A DNA stretch of 45,177 bases from Chiloscyllium plagiosum (lineage: Eukaryota), in assembly GCF_004010195.1 (NCBI RefSeq), contig NC_057754.1, forward strand, positions 5,200,327 through 5,245,503, written 5' to 3'. The notes under the pieces were generated by a model that saw nothing but the letters and a program-made list of their open reading frames with translations, had not been told where the DNA came from and ran no database searches. The position numbers and the translations under genes were made by a program. The stretch's first letter is position 1. Every line of letters begins with the position of its first letter. Below are positions 25,531 to 37,149 of this stretch, one piece after another.

Positions 25531-25554
25531 CAATCCTGCTACACCCACTGCTTT

Positions 25555-26165
25555 GATTTTGGGGTCAAAAGTCAAACGACACCAGGTTGTAGTCCAACAG
25601 GTTTATTTAGAAGCACTAGCTTTCAAAGTGCTGCTCCTTAATCAGGTGGTTGAGGAGTATAAGATCATAAGACACAATTTATAGCAAAAAATTACAGTGT
25701 CATGCAACTGACATGATATATTGAAAACCTGGATTGTTGTTTAATCTTTTAGAATGGGTTGCAGGTTTTGGTTCATTAATATGTAAATCCCAGAACTTGT
25801 TTTAAGTCACCTTCTTGAGATAACGTATGGTTTTATAACAAAAGGTGACATCTCAGCTCAGGAAATGCTTTAAAGGTGTGAGTGAGGTCAGAGTCTGTCT
25901 ATATCCTGATCTTGAGTCAGACTGGTTCTGTTTCCAAAGTGGAATATTACACGTATTGACTGCCTGCAGGTTGTGCATTTTTGAGCAAGATAGAATGTAT
26001 CTGTAACTACAAATTCACCCCATGCTGTACATCTCTATGACTTCTATGTGTGTGCGCACATGAGAGAGTGTGTTTGCATGTGTGAATATTTGGTAAAGTG
26101 TATGTGGGTGTGATGGAGTATAAGCCTCAAGAGGGTGTGCGCGAGTATGAGTATGGGAAGTGTAT
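25555..26165 (-). mobile_element. Penelope-like element 3' region (third family), degraded hammerhead at 25614-25648
   Basis: Minus strand CACCTGATTAAGGAGCAGCACTTTGAAAGCTAGTG. Related fragments at 26860-27310 and 34540-34645. Confidence 0.65.
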
Positions 26166-26166
26166 A

Positions 26167-26464
26167 TTAGATTACTTACAATGTGGAAACAGGCCCTTTG
26201 GCCCAACAAGTCCACACCGACCCGCAACCCACCCAGACCCATTTCCCTCTTCACCTAACACTACGGCCAATTTAGCATGGCCAATTCACCTAACCTGCAC
26301 ATTTTTGGACTGTGGGAGGAAACTGGAGCACCTGGAGGAAACCTGCACAGACACAGGGAGAACATGCAAACTCCACACAGTCAGTCGCCTGTGGCGGGAA
26401 TTGAACCCGGGTCTCTGGCGCTGTAGGGGCAGCAGTGCTAACCACTGTGCCACCATGCCGCCCA
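26167..26464 (-). mobile_element. HE1-type SINE
   Basis: Close copy of 28139-28444. Confidence 0.85.
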
Positions 26465-26859
26465 CCAATGAGAGTTGAGCTGGACTGGCACAGAGAGGTT
26501 GCCGAAATGTGGTAATGGATGTTCAGAGTCTTGCATAGAAATCTTTTTTCGTGGTGCCCTATCAAGTGTCTTTTTGAAATACAAAAACACCGCATAGACC
26601 GTTTTCCCCTTAGTCCACCCTGCTTGATACATTCACAAAAAAACTCTGTGCAACTGTCAGAGCACAATTTTCTCTTTGACCAAACCAAAAGACACAGGAA
26701 TTTTAAGTAAGAAATATACCTGTCCTGCTCACTCTGTGACCCCACTGCCCAGGGACAGTCATCGTCTTCAAACTGACGAGAGTTGTCAAAGAAATACGAA
26801 CGGGAAGCAAAGCTCTGGCCATTAATTATCCCAGTCCCAGCCAGATCCTGAGCTGGTCT

Positions 26860-27310
26860 TATGTGTGTGAGAGAGAACGTGCGTATGAGAGGGGGTCTGT
26901 GTGAGTACGTAAGAATGTGTGTGTATGTGTGTGAGAGAGAGTGTATAGTGTAGTGGGGTCACCTGTAGTGTGACATAAACCCAAGATCCCAGTTGAGGCT
27001 ATTCTCATGGATACCAAACTTGGCAAGCTTTTGGAGCTCAGCTCCTTCCTCAGGTGTGGTATGATAGGGAGGTAGAAGACACAATATTTGTAAGCAAAAA
27101 GTTAACAGCTTTAAAACTAGCTGCCCTTGTTGAATCCTTTAATCAGAAGACCTCTGACTAAATTGCAAAATCCAGATTTCTTTCAAGTCTTTGTCCTTCA
27201 ATAATTAAAAGTTTTATCAATATACAAGAGGTCATATTTCAGGTTAGACAATGCGCTTCAAGTGTGAGATCTGGCTATGAATCTGTCAATATTTTAAACT
27301 GAGGTCCAGT
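26860..27310 (-). mobile_element. Penelope-like fragments (third family)
   Basis: Similar to 25620-25950. Hammerhead-like CACCTGAGGAAGGAGCTGAGCTCCAAAAGCTT on the minus strand. Confidence 0.55.
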
Positions 27311-27713
27311 TTTATTTTCTTGACATCCCACCCCCACCCCCACCCTCAACTTAAATTGCAATTAGAAAGAATTTCACCTTAAACGCTCGTCTTTGGCAAT
27401 GCATATAAGAGATGCAGCAAATTGCTCTCAATGTCAAGTTAGGCCCTGCCATGCTTCTCACTCAATCCTGTCACAAATCTAACGATGGCCCCGAAACCGG
27501 TCCCATTCGTTTCTGTACCATTCCTGTGTGCCCATTAACACTGTGCTGATTTTCTACAGGCCCTGAAATTAAGTCAAACCTAGAAAGAACTGAAAGTCAG
27601 ACTTCTAACTGTTCATGTGCAAGAAGCTAGGAAGTGTCCACAGATTTCAGTGGGATTTCAGATGATGGCTATAGGGTGGTGATGACTTTGTGTTATTATC
27701 GTTGGACTGTTAA

Positions 27714-28064
27714 GGGCTACATGGTGGCTTAGTGGTTAGCACTGCTGCCTTATAGCACCAGGGAGCTGGGTTCAATTCCAGCTTCTAGCGACCATCTGTG
27801 TGGAATTTGCACATTCTCCCCATGTCTGTGTGGCATTTCCTCTTGGTGCTCCGGTTTCCTTCTACGATCCAAAGATGTGTAGGTTTGGGTGGATTGGCCA
27901 TGGGATAATTGCCCATAGTGTTCTGTGATGTGTAGGTTAGGTGCGTTAGCCATGGGAAATACAGGGAAAGGGGAGGGGAATGGGTCTGGATGGTATGCTC
28001 TTTGGAAGGTGGGTGTGGACTTGTTGGGCTGAATGGCCCGTTTCTGCACTGAACGGATTCTATA
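27714..28064 (+). mobile_element. HE1-type SINE
   Basis: A/B boxes, central domain and tail; flanked by TTAA on both sides. Confidence 0.8.
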
Positions 28065-28138
28065 TTAATCCAGAGATCCAGGTAATGTTCTGCAGACCCT
28101 GGGTTGAATCTCACCATAACAGATGGTCAAATCTGAAT

Positions 28139-28444
28139 TAGATTACTTACAGTGTGGAAACAGGCCCTTCGGCCCAACAAGTCCACACCGCCCCGCCGAA
28201 GCGCAACCCACCCATACCCCTACATTACCCCTTACCTAACACTACGGGCAATTTAGCCTGGCCAATTCACCTGACCTGCACATCTTTGTGACTGTGGGAG
28301 GAAACCGGAGCACCCGGAGGAAACCCACGCAGACACGGGGAGAACGTGCAAACTCCACATAGTCAGTCGCCTGAGGCGGGAATTGAACCTGGGTCTCTGG
28401 CACTGTGAGGCAGCAGTGCTAACCACTGTGCCACCGTGCCGCCC
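28139..28444 (-). mobile_element. HE1-type tRNA-derived SINE, near full length
   Basis: Head GGGCGGCACGGTGGCACAGTGG (A box), GGTTCAATTCCC (B box), central TGTGGAGTTTGCACGTTCTCCCCGTGTCTGCGTGGGTTTCC, CR1-like tail GGGCCTGTTTCCACACTGTAAGTAATCTAA. Confidence 0.85.
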
Positions 28445-28689
28445 AGAATTCAATTTTAAAAAACTGGAAATAAGAGTCTGATGATGGCCACAAAGCCATT
28501 GTCAATTATTCGAAAAATCCATCAGGTTCACTAATATCCTTTCGGGAAGGAAACTGCCATCCTTACCCAGTCTGGCCTACATGTGACTCCAGGCCCACAG
28601 CAATGTGATCGACTCTTTATTGCCCTCTGGGCAGTGAGGGTTGGGCAATTAATGCTTGCCTAGCCAGCGATGCCTATGAGTAAATTAAT

Positions 28690-28765
28690 AATCACAGAGA
28701 TCGGGAGGGAATGAGAACATTGATGGATTTGAAAACCAGGTTGAGAATTTTGAGACCAACGGCAC
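28690..28765 (-). mobile_element. L2 LINE ORF2 C-terminal remnant
   Basis: LKILNLVFKSINVLIPS resembles the L2 FKILLLVFKSLHGLAP motif. Confidence 0.45.
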
Positions 28766-29171
28766 AACTTGACTGGGAGCTGGATTGGCAAGTGGTGTTG
28801 ATCCTTTTTTTCAAGATGGCGGCACAGCAGCAGCCCAATGTGCAGGCTTCTCGGCCCAGGAGCCCAGAGCTCATCTACTCCATCCGCTTCAGCGTTCTTT
28901 TTCTTTCTATGCTTCTCTTTGAATGTTTCCATTTATTATGATACCTTACCTTCTTTTAAAGGTGACATTGGCAGAATGCATCTTTAGGCCTGGCGCTGAG
29001 GAGGGTTCCAAAGGCCTGGCACGGCAGTACAGGCTTGGTGGCTTCCCAGTATTCCAGTAGTCCAGCGTACCCCAAACCCAGTAGCGTTTAATTGAACTGT
29101 GATGTTATTTTACTTTCTTTTTCTTCGTAATGATCATTTCTGTCATTAACTTCGGAGCTGTGGTATGGCGA

Positions 29172-29910
29172 CTTAGAGTCATAGAGAAATATAGCACGGA
29201 AATACAGACCCCAGCGGTCCGACCTGTCCATGCTGACCAGATATCCTAAATTAATCCAGTCCCATTTGCCAGCATTTAGCCCATATCCCTCTAAACCTTT
29301 CCAATTCATGGACCCATCCAGATGCCTTTTAAATGTTGTAATTGTGCCAGCCTCCACCACATCCTCTGGCAGCTTGTTCTATACACACATCACCCTCTGC
29401 GTGTAAAAATTGCCCCTTAGATTCCTTTTAAATCTTTCCCCCTCACTTTAAACCTATGTCCTCTAGTTTTGGACTTCCCTACCCTGGGGCAAACACAGTG
29501 CCCATTCACCCTACCCAACCTCCCTCATGATTTTATAAAGCTCTATAAGATCACCCCTCAGCCTCCAATGCTCCAAGGAAAACAACCCCAGCCTATTCAG
29601 CCTCTCCCAAGAGCTCAAACCACCCAATGCCTGCTACATCCTTGTAATTTTTTTTTCTGAATCCATTCAGTTTCACAACATCTTTCCTTTGGCAGGGAGA
29701 CCAGAATTGAACACANAAGGAGACCAGAATTGCACGCCATATTCCAAAAGTGGCCTAACCAATGTCCTGTACAGTCACAACATGGCCTCCCAACTCCTGT
29801 ACTCAATGCACTGACCAATAAAGGCAAGCATACCAAATGCCTTCTTCACTATCCTGTCTACATGCGACTCCACTTTCAAGGAGCTATTAACTTGCACATC
29901 AAGGTCTCTT
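29172..29910 (-). mobile_element. CR1 (HER1-like) LINE 3' fragment
   Basis: ERDLDVQVNSSLKVESHVDRIVKKAFGMLAFIGQCIEYRS and downstream CR1 motifs. Confidence 0.85.
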
Positions 29911-29911
29911 T

Positions 29912-30340
29912 CATAGAAACATAGAATCTCTATAATGTGGTTGCAGCCTACTGGGTCCACACTAACTCTCTAAACAGCATCCCACCTAGTTCCATCCCCC
30001 CACCCTATCCCTGTAACCTTGTTCTTTCCATGGCTAATCCACCTAACATGCACATCCCTGATCACTATGGGCAATTTAGCATGGCCAATCCACCTATCAT
30101 AGCCAATCCACCTATCCTAGGCAAAAGTGAGGACTGCAGATGCTGGAAACCAGAGTTTCCTCATTTCCCCTCCCCCCACCTTACCTCAGTTCCAACCTTC
30201 CAGTTCAGCACTGTCCTCATGACCTGTCCTACCTTGCCGATTTTCCTACTCCTCGGATGCTGCCTGACTTGCTGTGCTTTTCCAGCGCCACTCTGATCTA
30301 AACCCAATCCACCTATCCTGCACATCTTTGGACTTTGTTT
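29912..30340 (-). mobile_element. HE1-type SINE 3' portion
   Basis: GGCTAATCCACCTAAC / GCAATTTAGCATGGCCAATCCACC motifs shared with other copies. Confidence 0.7.
30119..30303. mobile_element. Penelope-like pLTR-derived insertion in an HE1 SINE, 16-bp TSD
   Basis: CCAATCCACCTATCCT at 30103-30118 and 30304-30319. Inverted pLTR tip followed by a forward pLTR lacking the hammerhead segment. Confidence 0.7.
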
Positions 30341-30954
30341 GGCAATAATCCCCCAGGACTTTACCATGAACTGTATTTCTGGGGAAGAGAGAGAGAGAGA
30401 GAGAGAGAGAGAAAATAGGAAAATTATTGACATGGATAAACGTACAAACCCGTGGTACAATCATTCTTTATTAGAGTAAATCAGATAGTTCCAAGATAGT
30501 TCGCCAAGAGAATATTCTCAGAGATTAGTTTATATTCAAGCACACTCTGAAGGAGGATTAAACACGCTTGGATCATGGATTCTTTTAGTCAAGTTGAAAG
30601 ATCTAGGAATTAAAAACAGAAGAAGTAAAGGCTAGTTCATAAATATCCAAAAAGCACTTCCCATAATTGTTCACGAAATGAGAAAATGCAGCAACCATTC
30701 AGAAAAAAATGGAAAAAAGACAGCTCTCTAATTACTTTCCAATAGGGGTCATTAGATCTTTTATGCTTTCCTTGTGTTTAGAGCTCCCACCTTCCTTGCT
30801 GTTAACCTCTTTAAACAAAATTACCCTAAATGTTTCAGTGCAATAGACTTCAACTGCATTTATCTTATGTCCTAGAGTTAAACATAATTCCCAATCTAAA
30901 AGCTATAGGTTGAAACTGGAATACCTGGACCATGAAATACATACTGATGACAAG

Positions 30955-31150
30955 GTGGTTGTCATAGTCTTACCAGACCGTAGGGATTACCCTCTTATTA
31001 GAGAGAAGCAAGTGGTGGTGATTTAACCTGAGAGCCACCAAACATCAGGTGAGAGAAGAGGAAAGCCCTTCGTGGTAACAAGAATTGAACCCATGCTATT
31101 GGGATCACACGATTCTGCAAACCAATGCTCCAGCCAACTGAGCTAAACCA
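30955..31150 (-). mobile_element. tRNA-derived SINE remnant, different family
   Basis: Minus strand GGTTAGCTCAGTTGG (A box) ... GGGTTCAATTC (B box). Confidence 0.5.
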
Positions 31151-31359
31151 ATTCCCTAAGAAGCTAGTGATGAGCATGAACATGACAAAGGTTTCACGAG
31201 CAAGTGAGTTGAGACGGGGACAAAGTAATGGAGGTGGAAATAGGTAAACTTAATGAAGACATATGTCAAATAAGCTACCTGATAAATTAGCAACAGGAGA
31301 ATCAACAGAATTGATGGTGTCATCAGAGAACATGTGATAATTTATGCCTTCCGTAATGA

Positions 31360-32152
31360 AATCATAGAATCCCCAAAGTCAGAAAAAGGCCAAGTGGCCC
31401 ATCGATTCTGCAACAACTCTCTGAGACGCATTTCAGCTGTACCCAACCCTGTAACTCTGCATCTATCATGGCTAATGACATAGGCTATAAATTACAGGCA
31501 ATTTAGCACGGCCAATCCACCCTAACCTGCACATCCCTGGAGACTATGAGGCAATTCAACACGACCAATCCACCATAACGTGCACATCCCAGGACACTAT
31601 GGGACAATTTAGCACAGCCAATCCACCCTAACCTGCACATTCCTGGACACTATAGGACAATTCAATGCGGCCAGTCCACCTGAACCTGCACATGTTTGGA
31701 TTGTGGGAGAAAACCAGAGCACACAAAGGAAACCCACGCAGATATAAGGAGAAAATTAAAACTCTACATAGAAAGTCACGAACCCAGGTCCCTGGTCCCT
31801 ACTACTGAGCCACTGTGCTACTATGGGGTAACAACACAGCCAATCCACCCCAACCAGCACATCTCACAACACTATGGGACAATTTAGCACGGCCAATCCA
31901 CCCTAACCTGCACATCCCTGGACTCTAAGGGACAATTTAGCACGGCCAATCCACCCTAACCTGCACATCAATGGGCACTATGGGACAATTTAGCACGGCC
32001 AATCCACCCTAACCTGCACATCCCTGGACTCAATGGGACAATTTAGCACGGCTAATCCACCCTAACCTGCACATGGCTTGGACACTATGGGTCAATTTAG
32101 CACGGCCAATCCACCCTAACCTACACATCCCTGAACACTGTGGGACAATTTA
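31360..32152 (-). repeat. HE1 SINE with a 53-bp internal segment amplified in tandem (~4 + ~6 copies)
   Basis: Unit GGGACAATTTAGCACGGCCAATCCACCCTAACCTGCACATCCCTGGACACTAT starts at 31876, 31929, 31982, 32035, 32089 and 32142. Confidence 0.85.
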
Positions 32153-32894
32153 CCCAATTGAACAGGGGAAGCCATCTTGAATTGTAACATTCAGAGCACA
32201 CTCAATTCTAAGAGTTTCCAGGAGATAGCATTCAATCCTATACAGCACCAGGTCAGGGCAAGGTTTATAGGAGATTACCCAGGACAGTGCGGGAGTCACT
32301 AAGGAGCAGTTCCAAGGTTACCGCACTTGTGAGAGTCTGTGAGTATTGGAGACAGAAAAGTTGACGTCATGTTAGGCAGGGTTGTTGTTAGAGGCACTGC
32401 TGAATACGCAACTGACCTGCACTGAGTTTTTGTACTGGGGAACCCACTGAGAAATCCATGACTAGTTGATGGTAGAGGTTTGAGGCAACACATTGTTGGA
32501 GTTAGGGCTCAGGAAACGTCTTGGGGGCTGTGCAGCTCAGGAGAAGTCATAGTGACTTCACTCGTAGTTCAGTGAAGCTGTGCTAACAGTGAAGGGAATC
32601 CACGTGCAGGATTAATGCAAGTGAGCAAGGTTAGAGCTCAGAAAAAAAAATACAAGTGCAGTTCTCACTCAGTGAAAAGCTGGAGCTGTGCCTGAGAGAC
32701 AGTGCAGTTTCTGGAGTCCAGATAAGTAGAGACAGAGGAAAGGACGCTGGTTGGCCACAATGGGGGTAATTGACGGGGTGACTCATCAGAGGGAATTACA
32801 AGTCCAGGTTGGCCAATGTTAAGAATTGTGATGCCATTGTGAAGATTAATAAAATTGATGACCCACTATGTCATTAATGTCTGCAGGGGTGTGG

Positions 32895-33242
32895 ATTGGA
32901 TGAGGGGCATGGAGAGGCTGGATAGTTTAGGTCTTTTTCCCCAGGGTAGGGGAGTCCAAAACTAGAGGGCATAGGTTTAAGGTGAGAGGGGAAGGGTATA
33001 AAAGGGACCTAAGGGGCAACCTTTTCACGCAAGGGGTGGTACGTGTATGGAATGAGCTGCCGGAGGAAGTGGTGGAGGCTGGTACAATGACAACATTTAA
33101 AAGGCATCTGGATGGGTATATGAATAGGAAGGGTTTAGAGGGATATGGGCCAAATGCTGGCAAATGGAACAAGATTAATTTAGGATATCTGGACGAGTTG
33201 GACCTAAGGGTCTGTATTTCTGTGCTGTACAACACTATGAAT
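32895..33242 (+). mobile_element. CR1 (HER1-like) 3' end
   Basis: RGNLFTQGVVRVWNELPEEVVEAG. Confidence 0.85.
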
Positions 33243-34825
33243 GACAGTGGAAAGATGCTGGAAGAATGGTGAACTGTGTGAAAGACACCAGATAGCTAGA
33301 GAAGAATGACGAGGGGAAATTTACCTTTGGTCACATTCACACATAGCAGTCATGAAAATGGAGCTGGTGTAAGAGGTCAGAAATTGGTGCAGTGTCGAAA
33401 GATCTTGGGGTTCGGATTGAGGTTTCGGCTGGAGGAGGTTGCGGAGATAGGGTGCGGGAGCTGTGAGGAGGGAAGGGGGTAACGGGGAAGAAGAGGCTCT
33501 GTGGGGGCATTTGAAAGAAAGCTTAAGAAGATGAAAACTGGAACAGGGGAAGTAAGCAAACAGAGGAGATGATGGATGAACATGTAAGATGGGACACGGG
33601 GTAGCAGAAAATTACAGTAATCTCATGTTTATGGAGGCTGATTGGTCAGGGATGCGCTGAGTTAGTCAGACCGAACGTTGGCCAATGGGCTGAGGCGAAG
33701 GCAGACTGGTCAATGTTGCAGACGTGGAGTGAACGTCCAGCGGAAGTGGTGGACATGAGCACGGTTACAATGTTTAAAAGACACTTAGACTAGTAGGTGA
33801 ATAGGAAAGGAGAGATCTGGGCCAGGAGTAGGCAGGTGTGACTAATCTAGCTCAGAATTATGTTCGGCATGGACTGGTTGGTTTCGAAGGGTCTGTTTCC
33901 GTGCTGTATGAGACTGTTATGTTACAGAGAGTGGAGCTTTGGATAAGCCCAGGCTGAGAAAAGGGAGAGAGATCAACCAGATGGAATCGCCCGAAGGCAA
34001 GGGTTTCAGTGAAGTCGGAAGCTGAAACATTGAACCCTTTGGCTTCTAACCGTAAAGCCTCGCCTAAGTGGGAAATGAAGAGGAATCTTGGGCTAAGGGT
34101 GGATCACCAGCAATGAATTCCTGAATGTCCTCTGCACAATTGAGAAGTCCCCAGCCAAGGATGAAGGAGGGATGGCTTGCTTCTCCCTCTGGTGAGTACA
34201 AGTTGTGTTTTTAAAGATGCGTATTTGTTCAGGGTCTGAGTGGTGCACCCTCAGTGTACAATGATGTACCCTCCACATGACACGTGAATCTCTGGAGCAC
34301 GAGTCATCATTATCACGTACTGCACTGACCAGGGAAGATCACCCGAGAGCCAAGAATTGATGTGTGTGCTCCCTCTGGTGACCCAAGTGGGTCATCACCA
34401 CAACACATACTTGAAAATCACACAAACACAATACCTCCATTCTGAGCGAGAGGATTAGACAGTGGATTTGGATCAGGTCAGGCTTGGAGAGCCGAATGGC
34501 CTGTTTCTGGACTGTAAATTTTCTTTGTTCTTTGTTCTTAACACCAGGTTATGGTCCAACAGGTTTATTTGGAGCACTAGCTTCCAAATACAGTAAACCT
34601 GTCGGACTGTAACCTGACGTTGTGTCCAACACCGGCATCTCCAAATCACCACAACACATACAGTACTCCAGTGCCTACTGTGAGGGAGTGGGGAGGACTT
34701 TTGCCCTAAGCCAGAAAGTTGAAGGTTGAAGTCCCATTCCCGGCCCTTGGAGACAAACATAACGCCGAGTCAGCACGGTTTCGTCACAGGTAGGTTACCC
34801 CTGACAATCTGTTAGAATTCTTTGA

Positions 34826-35165
34826 GTGGTGGCACAGTGGCTAGCACTGTTGCCTCACAGCACAGGGACCTGGGTTTGATTCCACCCTCAGGCAACTGTC
34901 TGTGTGGAGTTTGCACAGTCTCCCCGTGTCTGCATGGGATTTAATCCAGGTGCTCCGGTTTCCTCCCACTGTCCAAAGACACGCAGGTTAGGGAAGATTG
35001 GCCATGCTAAATTCCCAATAGTGACCATGGATGTGTTCGCTAAGTGGATTAGCCATGGGGAATGCAGTGTTATGAGGGATTGGTCCAGATGAGATGCTCT
35101 TCAGAGGGTCGATGTGGACTCGATGGGCCAAATGGCCTGCTTCCACACTGTAGGGAATCTTTGAT
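34826..35165 (+). mobile_element. HE1-type SINE
   Basis: Homologous to the other HE1 copies. Confidence 0.8.
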
Positions 35166-35169
35166 CTAA

Positions 35170-35779
35170 GTAGCATGGAGCGTTTGAGTTGTAAGGAGGG
35201 ATTGAATATGCTGCAACCTTTTCCTATGGAGCGTCGAGGCTGAGTGGTGATCATATAGAGGTTTATAAAATCATGAGGGGCGTGGATAGAGTAAATAGTT
35301 AAGGTCTTCTCCCCCAGGCCAGGGGAGTCCAAAACCAGAGGGCATAGATTTATGGTGAGAGGAGAAAGATGTAAAAGGAACCTAAGGGGCTGTTTTGTCA
35401 CACAGAGGGTGGTGCATGTATGGAATGAGCTGCCAATGGAGTTGGGTCCAATTACACATTTAAAAGGCATCTGGGTGGGTATATGGATAGGAAGGGTTTA
35501 GAGGGATATGGGCCAAATGCTGGCAGATGGGACTAGATCAGTTTAGGATATCTGATCGGTGTAGACAGGTTGGACCGAAGGGTCTGTTTCCGTGCTATAC
35601 AGTTCTATGATGCTGTAAGCAAGTTAGACAAAGGAGAGACAATGGGTGTGTTCTATTTGGATTTCCAGAAGATCTTTGACAAGGTGCTGCCTGGTTGGCT
35701 GCTAAATAACAGCCCAGGATGTTCAGGGCAAGGGACTGGCCTGGATAGAGGATTGGCTGACTGGCAGATGGCAGACAGT
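35170..35779 (+). mobile_element. CR1 3' end followed by an older CR1 RT fragment
   Basis: Homology to 1-391, then LDKGETMGVFYLDFQKIFDKV (RT motif). Confidence 0.8.
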
Positions 35780-36279
35780 NNNNNNNNNNNNNNNNNNNNN
35801 NNNNNNNNNNNNNNNNNNNNNNNNNNNNNNNNNNNNNNNNNNNNNNNNNNNNNNNNNNNNNNNNNNNNNNNNNNNNNNNNNNNNNNNNNNNNNNNNNNNN
35901 NNNNNNNNNNNNNNNNNNNNNNNNNNNNNNNNNNNNNNNNNNNNNNNNNNNNNNNNNNNNNNNNNNNNNNNNNNNNNNNNNNNNNNNNNNNNNNNNNNNN
36001 NNNNNNNNNNNNNNNNNNNNNNNNNNNNNNNNNNNNNNNNNNNNNNNNNNNNNNNNNNNNNNNNNNNNNNNNNNNNNNNNNNNNNNNNNNNNNNNNNNNN
36101 NNNNNNNNNNNNNNNNNNNNNNNNNNNNNNNNNNNNNNNNNNNNNNNNNNNNNNNNNNNNNNNNNNNNNNNNNNNNNNNNNNNNNNNNNNNNNNNNNNNN
36201 NNNNNNNNNNNNNNNNNNNNNNNNNNNNNNNNNNNNNNNNNNNNNNNNNNNNNNNNNNNNNNNNNNNNNNNNNNNNNNN
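35780..36279. other. Assembly gap (500 N)
   Basis: Run of N. Confidence 1.
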
Positions 36280-36740
36280 TTAAGCCAATCTCTCCTCACA
36301 TTACAGTCTTGCCATCCTGGGTATCAACTTTGGTGATCATCTGCTACGCTTTAATGGCGGGTGTATCCTCTCTCTCTCTCTCTCTCGAGGCTGGGCGACC
36401 AGAGTTGCACACAGCCTACTCCAGGCTGTGGTCTCACCAAGACCAACTGCAGTAAAGACATGTCTACTTCTGAACTCTTTGTCCCTGTGACCGCTCGCTG
36501 CACCTGCCTGTTTGCTTGGATTGACTGGTGTGCACCCGCAAATTCTGGTGTGCAACCATCAAAAGAATACTCTCCATTCTCACAGTGAAGTGTATAAATG
36601 CACCCTCCATACTCCCACCCAGTGTTTGGGTCATCAGCAAACTTGGAAAAGTAGCGCTGGGTTCTCTCCTCCGGGACACCTATAAATAGCCAGGGCCCCA
36701 AGCTTGGATACTCGTCCTATCCCACTCGTCATTGCCTCTA

Positions 36741-37050
36741 GGGAAGCACTAGTGGCCCAGTGGTTAGCACTGCTACCTCACAGCACCAGGCACCCGGGTT
36801 CGATTCCAGCCTCGGGCAATTGTCTGTGTGGAGTTTGCACGTTCTCTCTGCGTGGGTTTCGGTTTCCTCCCACAATCCAAAAAGATGTGCAGGGTAGGAT
36901 GGATTGGTTAAAGTGCTAAATTGCCCGTGGTGTTAGGTGCATTAGTCAGGGGTAAATATAGGGTAGGGGGAATGGGTCTGGGTGGGTTACTCTTCGGAGG
37001 GTCGGTGTTGGGCTGGGAGGGCCTGTTTCCACACTGTAGGGAATCTAATC
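36741..37050 (+). mobile_element. HE1-type SINE
   Basis: Homologous to the other HE1 copies; GGTTCGATTCC B box. Confidence 0.8.
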
Positions 37051-37149
37051 TCCTGCTCAGAAACACAACCCATTTATCCCCCACTCTGTTTCCTGTCTGT
37101 CAGCCAATTCCCCCATCCCATGTGCTTCAATTTTACCCACGAACCACAT

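Larger units (their letters stand above)
27680..28685 (+). mobile_element. Deu-domain SINE (SacSINE1-like) split by two HE1 insertions
   Basis: Pieces 27680-27713, 28065-28138 and 28445-28685 join into a colinear copy of 17830-18185. Confidence 0.7.

Noticed and set aside
24991..25641. 216-aa ORF
   Set aside because: GTG start and a Pro/Arg/Ala-rich repetitive translation; a by-product of the GC-rich promoter repeat.
28370..28444. tRNA gene
   Set aside because: The A/B boxes belong to SINE heads followed by SINE body; no complete cloverleaf is evident.
35570..36299. Long ORFs of 234-237 aa (also 42410-43031)
   Set aside because: Artefacts of N runs.
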